Source: Phycisphaerae bacterium (GTDB taxonomy: Bacteria; Planctomycetota; Phycisphaerae; Sedimentisphaerales; Anaerobacaceae). From it: a DNA stretch of 42,316 nt. The stretch lies in the NCBI GenBank assembly GCA_041308485.1, contig JBFZBL010000092.1, positions 1 through 42,316 of the forward strand, in the 5' to 3' direction. Position numbers and translations under genes: made by a program. A model generated the notes under the pieces. It was not told the DNA's origin and did not search any database. It was given only the letters and a program-made list of their open reading frames with translations. Within the stretch, counting starts at the first letter, position 1. Every line of letters starts with the position of its first letter. Shown in pieces: positions 38,123 through 42,316 of this stretch.

Positions 38123-39289
38123 ATGAGCATAAGTTTTTGTTTAATTGCGCGAAACGAAGAGAAGAACCTCGAGCGGGTTCTAACTTCCATTAAGCCCGTC
38201 GCGGATGAAATCATTTTAACGGATACGGGCTCAACGGACGCGACAATTCAAATTGCCCAGAAATTCGGGGCTAAAATAAGTCATTTCGCATGGTGCGACG
38301 ACCTTAGTGCGGCAAGAAATTTCGGTTTTAAGCAGGCGACAGGCGACTGGATATTTTGGATTGACGCAGATGAGGAGTTTCTGGCTGAGTCGGCGGATGA
38401 GATTCGCCGCTGTTTGTCGCAGGATAATGTCTTTGCGTATCTTATCCTTCGGCAGGATTTGACTGACCTTGGCCGGCTTGATTTATACAGCGAGATGTGG
38501 CTGCCGCGTTTGTTTCGACGGCACAAGGAAATATTGCTTATCGGAAGGCATCATGAGCAGTTTAAGCCGTCTCTTGTTGAATTGGCCGAAAAGCAGGGGC
38601 AGGTTGTTGAAGGCAGCGCGATACGCATTCGACATTATGGTTTCGCGGGCCCTAAGAGGGCGGATAAATTTTCGCGGGACGTGAAATTGCTCGAACTGGA
38701 GTTGCAGGAGCGGCCCGGGCAGTTATATTATCAAATCGAACTTTATCGCACGCTTCTGCTTATGGGCGATAACCGCTGGCGGACGGTTTTTGCCGAGGCC
38801 GTCGAAAATCTGCGAAAATATATCGAAGAGGAGAATCCGCCGACGCCGCAGGTCGCCTTATTATTTGAAACATTGCTTCAATTGCCTCAAAACGAATTGC
38901 CTGCGGGATTTACCCAGGCTAAATTGCGGGAGCTTGTTGCGAGGTGGTTTCCGCGGTCGGCGCCTTTGTTATGGATACTCGCCAAGCAGGATTATGAGCA
39001 AAGCCGGTTCGGGGAAGCCGAAATGATTCTTCGTCAGTTGATACAAATGGGAAAAGACCGCACTTATGATCGCTCGGTCGGCTTTGACCCCCGCATACTC
39101 GCCGGGGAAGCCGAAATGAACCTTGCGGTATGTTTAATCCGGCAGGCCAGTATTATTGAGGCCACAAAAATTCTCGAGTCATTATCCGCAAGGAAAGAAT
39201 ATCATCTGGCGGCTGAGCAGAACTTAAACGCTATTAAACGGCTTCGAATGGGCTTTTCATCCAAAAGCCGACGCAGGCCCAGATACTAA
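38123..39289 (+). CDS. family 2 glycosyltransferase with a helical-repeat C-terminal half
   Basis: ISFCLIARNEEKNLERVL, ILTDTGSTDAT, DDLSAARNFG and WIFWIDADEEF (DxD-type) are GT2 blocks. The C-terminal 200 aa are helical and TPR-like. Confidence 0.75.
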   Translation: MSISFCLIARNEEKNLERVLTSIKPVADEIILTDTGSTDATIQIAQKFGAKISHFAWCDDLSAARNFGFKQATGDWIFWIDADEEFLAESADEIRRCLSQDNVFAYLILRQDLTDLGRLDLYSEMWLPRLFRRHKEILLIGRHHEQFKPSLVELAEKQGQVVEGSAIRIRHYGFAGPKRADKFSRDVKLLELELQERPGQLYYQIELYRTLLLMGDNRWRTVFAEAVENLRKYIEEENPPTPQVALLFETLLQLPQNELPAGFTQAKLRELVARWFPRSAPLLWILAKQDYEQSRFGEAEMILRQLIQMGKDRTYDRSVGFDPRILAGEAEMNLAVCLIRQASIIEATKILESLSARKEYHLAAEQNLNAIKRLRMGFSSKSRRRPRY

Positions 39290-39333
39290 TAAAAATGTGA
39301 AGCTGACACATTTTTGATTTGAGGAGAAAGCAG

Positions 39334-40017
39334 ATGGAATGGACGTGCAGGGACATAGCGAAAATGATAGACCACTCACTTTTGAAGCCGGAGATGACGG
39401 CTGATGACATCAGGAAGGGCTGCGATGTGGCGAAAAAATACGACGTGGCGACCGTTTGCTGCTCGCCCTGGGCGCTGCCTTTGGTGGCTATGCTGCTCAA
39501 AGGAACTGATATAAAGCCGACGACGGTGATTGGTTTTCCGCACGGGTACAACAAGACCGAAACAAAGGTCTTCGAGGCGGAACAGGCGATTAAAGACGGC
39601 GCACTTGAGCTTGATATGGTGCTCAATATCGGCAAACTCAAAAGCGGCGACTTCGATTATGTAAAAAATGATATTAAAGCCGTTGTCGATACCGCACACA
39701 AGAATAAGGTACTTGTGAAGGTCATACTTGAAAATTTCTACCTTACCGATGAGCAGAAGAAAACCGCGTGTCGGCTTTGCGAGGAAGCTGGCGCTGACTG
39801 GGTGAAGACATCGACGGGCTTTGCCGGCGGCGGGGCGACGATAGAGGATTTGAAACTAATGAGAAAGGCCGTATCGAAAAAGGTGCAGGTCAAGGCGGCA
39901 GGGGGCGTGCGAGACCTTGATATGGCTTTAAAAGTCCGCGAGGTCGGCTGCACTCGCTTCGGCGCAACCGCGACAGCAGCCATTATGGATGAATGCTTTA
40001 AAAAAAGGCAAAAGTAA
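39334..40017 (+). CDS. deoC: deoxyribose-phosphate aldolase
   Basis: The ATG at 39334 is preceded by [41 protein letters not shown] and DWVKTSTGF (Schiff-base Lys) are DeoC blocks. Confidence 0.85.
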   Translation: MEWTCRDIAKMIDHSLLKPEMTADDIRKGCDVAKKYDVATVCCSPWALPLVAMLLKGTDIKPTTVIGFPHGYNKTETKVFEAEQAIKDGALELDMVLNIGKLKSGDFDYVKNDIKAVVDTAHKNKVLVKVILENFYLTDEQKKTACRLCEEAGADWVKTSTGFAGGGATIEDLKLMRKAVSKKVQVKAAGGVRDLDMALKVREVGCTRFGATATAAIMDECFKKRQK

Positions 40018-40063
40018 AAAGGTAAAACAGAAGAAAAAAGAGTGCTCGGTTTTAAGGTGGAAT

Positions 40064-41212
40064 ATGAGCAAGATAAATGTTGGTGTTATAGGGACAGGAT
40101 TTATCGGCCCGGCACATATTGAAGCATTGAGGCGGCTTGGGACTGTAAATGTCGTTGCGCTGGCGGATGTCGATGAACAGACGGCTAAGGCAAAGGCGGC
40201 TGCGCTCGGCATCGAGATATACTACGGCGACTACAAGAAAATGCTTGCCAATGGGGACATCGGGTCGGTCCATATCTGCACGCCGAATAATCTGCACTAT
40301 CAGATGTCGAAAGAGGCGATTGAGGCGGGCAAGCACGTTGTTTGTGAAAAACCGCTGGCGATTTCTGCTGCCGAGGGAAATGAGCTTGTCAAACTGGCGG
40401 CAAAGAAGAAAGTTGTCAATGCGGTGCATTTTAATATCCGTTATTATCCTCTGATGCGCCAGGTCAGGATGATGGTGGAGAAGGGCGAGTTCGGCGAGAT
40501 TTTCGCCATTCACGGCTCATACCTTCAGGATTGGCTTTTTTACCCGACCGACTACAACTGGCGGCTCGAACCTGGTTTATCAGGCAGGTCGCGGGCGATA
40601 GCCGACGTCGGTTCGCACTGGATTGATTTGATCGAGTATGTGTCCGGGTTGAGAATCGTTGAGGTCTTTGCGGATTTCGCCACGTTCCATAAGACAAGAA
40701 AGAAACCGCTAAAACCAGTTGAGACATACGCCGGCAAAATCTTAAAGCCCGAGGACTACAAGGACGTTAAAATCAGCACGGAGGATTATGCAAGTGTGCT
40801 GCTGCGGTTTGACAATGATTCAAAAGGCGTATTGACGGTCAGTCAGGTCGCCGCGGGCAGGAAGAATCGGCTGTATTTTGAACTCGACGGCTCGAAGAAA
40901 GCGGCCGCGTGGGAATCGGAGAAGCCGAATCATTTGTGGATTGGCAGACGCGACGGCAGCAACGAGGAGCTGATGCGGGACCCGTCGCTTGTTTATCCTG
41001 AGGTTCGCGATATTATCAGTTTCCCCGGCGGACACAACGAAGGCTTTCCCGACACCTCAAAGCAGATGTTCAGAGAAATTTATGAGTATATCGCGACGGG
41101 CGATATGAAGGCCGTCCCCCGGTTCCCGACGTTTAAGGACGGCCTGCGAGAGCTTGTTTTGTGCGAAAAAATACTGGAAAGCGACAAGACGCAAAAGTGG
41201 ATTAAGGTTTGA
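40064..41212 (+). CDS. Gfo/Idh/MocA family NAD(P)-dependent oxidoreductase
   Basis: The ATG at 40064 (AAGGTGG upstream) encodes [22 protein letters not shown], a Rossmann N-terminus, followed by [10 protein letters not shown] and VVCEKPLA. The listed ORF start at 39989 overlaps deoC. Confidence 0.8.
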   Translation: MSKINVGVIGTGFIGPAHIEALRRLGTVNVVALADVDEQTAKAKAAALGIEIYYGDYKKMLANGDIGSVHICTPNNLHYQMSKEAIEAGKHVVCEKPLAISAAEGNELVKLAAKKKVVNAVHFNIRYYPLMRQVRMMVEKGEFGEIFAIHGSYLQDWLFYPTDYNWRLEPGLSGRSRAIADVGSHWIDLIEYVSGLRIVEVFADFATFHKTRKKPLKPVETYAGKILKPEDYKDVKISTEDYASVLLRFDNDSKGVLTVSQVAAGRKNRLYFELDGSKKAAAWESEKPNHLWIGRRDGSNEELMRDPSLVYPEVRDIISFPGGHNEGFPDTSKQMFREIYEYIATGDMKAVPRFPTFKDGLRELVLCEKILESDKTQKWIKV

Positions 41213-41230
41213 TTTCAGGAGAGGCCGACA

Positions 41231-42151
41231 ATGATAAAACTCGGATTTTTAAGCGTGATACTGGGCGAATTGTCATTTGAAGAGGTTATCGAATTCGCGG
41301 CCCAGAATGGTTTGGCCTGTGTTGAGATACCCTGCTGGCCTGCGGGCAAAGCCGAGCGGAAATATGCCGGCGTTTCACACATCGATGTTGCGGGACTGAC
41401 TGAAAAAAGGGCTGCGGAAATCAACAAAGTCCTCAGGAAAAAAAGTATGGCAATTTCGGGGCTGGGCTATTATCCAAATCCCCTCGACCAGGATGAAAGC
41501 AAATCGCAATTTTACATTGACCATTTGAAGAAGGTGATTACCGCGGCAGCAATGCTCGGCGTGCCGGTGATAAATACCTTTATCGGCAGGGACTCGAACA
41601 GAAATATCGAAGACAACTTTGCGAAGTTCAAAGAGATCTGGCCTGCGATTATCAAATTCGCCGAGCAGAAGAGGGTCAGGGTGGCAATCGAAAATTGCCC
41701 GATGTATTTCACAAATGACGAATGGCCGGGCGGAAAGAATCTTGCCAACACTCCTGCGATGTGGAGAAGAATGTTTGATGCGATTCCATCGAAGAATTTC
41801 GGCCTCAACTTTGACCCGTCGCATTTTGTCTGGCAGTTTATGGACCCGATCAAGGCGATTCATGAGTTCAAAGACCGCATTTTCCACGTCCATCTTAAGG
41901 ACGCCAAAATTCTGCGAGACAAACTCGACGAGGTAGGCATCCTCGCAACGCCATTACAATTTCATACGCCAAAACTTCCGGGGCTGGGGGACGTCAACTG
42001 GGGTGGATTTTTCTCTGCGCTTACTGACGTCGGCTACACCGGCTGCGCGGTAATAGAGGTCGAGGACCGCGCATTTGAAGGTTCGTTAGATACGCGAAAG
42101 ACGTCCATACTCCAAAGCCGTAATTTCCTCAGACAGTTCATCGCCGGATAA
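41231..42151 (+). CDS. sugar phosphate isomerase/epimerase (xylose isomerase-like TIM barrel)
   Basis: Length and blocks are typical of the AP_endonuc_2 family: [25 protein letters not shown] and VIEVED. Confidence 0.75.
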   Translation: MIKLGFLSVILGELSFEEVIEFAAQNGLACVEIPCWPAGKAERKYAGVSHIDVAGLTEKRAAEINKVLRKKSMAISGLGYYPNPLDQDESKSQFYIDHLKKVITAAAMLGVPVINTFIGRDSNRNIEDNFAKFKEIWPAIIKFAEQKRVRVAIENCPMYFTNDEWPGGKNLANTPAMWRRMFDAIPSKNFGLNFDPSHFVWQFMDPIKAIHEFKDRIFHVHLKDAKILRDKLDEVGILATPLQFHTPKLPGLGDVNWGGFFSALTDVGYTGCAVIEVEDRAFEGSLDTRKTSILQSRNFLRQFIAG

Positions 42152-42172
42152 TTTTCCAAGGGTACGCTGTCT

Positions 42173-42316
42173 TCAGGATTTTATGCCCATTGATTTCATA
42201 ATAGGCAGGTTCTTGGAAATCAGCTTGTGTCGCTGCTGGACGCAGGCATAAGAGCGGCCGGCTTCGGGTGGTGTATTCAGAACATAATCCAGCATCAAAT
42301 CAACGGTCGTTTCCGC
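42173..42316 (-). CDS. 3' end of an unidentified gene (5' end outside the window)
   Basis: The minus strand reads through from the window edge: AETTVDLMLDYVLNTPPEAGRSYACVQQRHKLISKNLPIMKSMGIKS*. The stop is at 42173-42175. It is too short to identify. Confidence 0.3.
   Translation of the reverse strand, partial: AETTVDLMLDYVLNTPPEAGRSYACVQQRHKLISKNLPIMKSMGIKS

Overview
The window looks like a chromosomal segment from a PVC-group bacterium, most likely Planctomycetota, class Phycisphaerae-like. The clues are an H-X9-DG/DUF1559 protein, PEP-CTERM proteins, many prepilin-type proteins, mreBCD present, and a dcw cluster that stops at ftsI. All product calls come from motifs read in the supplied translations; no database search was run.

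Gene content, left to right:
- esterase fragment, proA, tRNA-Gly(TCC)
- a short dcw cluster: mraZ, small ORF, rsmH, LysM protein, FtsL-like, ftsI
- converging on it, a coiled-coil gene, micro-ORF, mreB, mreC, mreD, mrdA and a zinc-ribbon/H-X9-DG gene
- HEAT lipoprotein, lnt and an orphan beta-class DNA methyltransferase, apparently one operon
- three pseudopilin-like genes
- lipoprotein, two clpP paralogs, tig, tRNA-Gly(GCC)
- an AT-rich two-gene islet
- pcm, a 22-residue tandem-repeat protein, tRNA-Ser(TGA) with a tRNA-Ser-derived cloverleaf-like element
- GH9 and CE15 lipoproteins
- a 590-nt hairpin-rich non-coding gap, an isolated dnaA, UDP-glucuronate decarboxylase
- four tandem PEP-CTERM paralogs, a GT2 glycosyltransferase, deoC, an oxidoreductase and a sugar-phosphate isomerase

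The most unusual signal is a set of at least 12 short, degenerate arrays with 7-nt periodicity, falling into several unit families. They occur in intergenic DNA, next to start codons, and inside intact ORFs of core genes (proA, mrdA, lnt twice, and a pseudopilin N-terminus). No CRISPR array, rRNA gene, transposase or integrase was seen.
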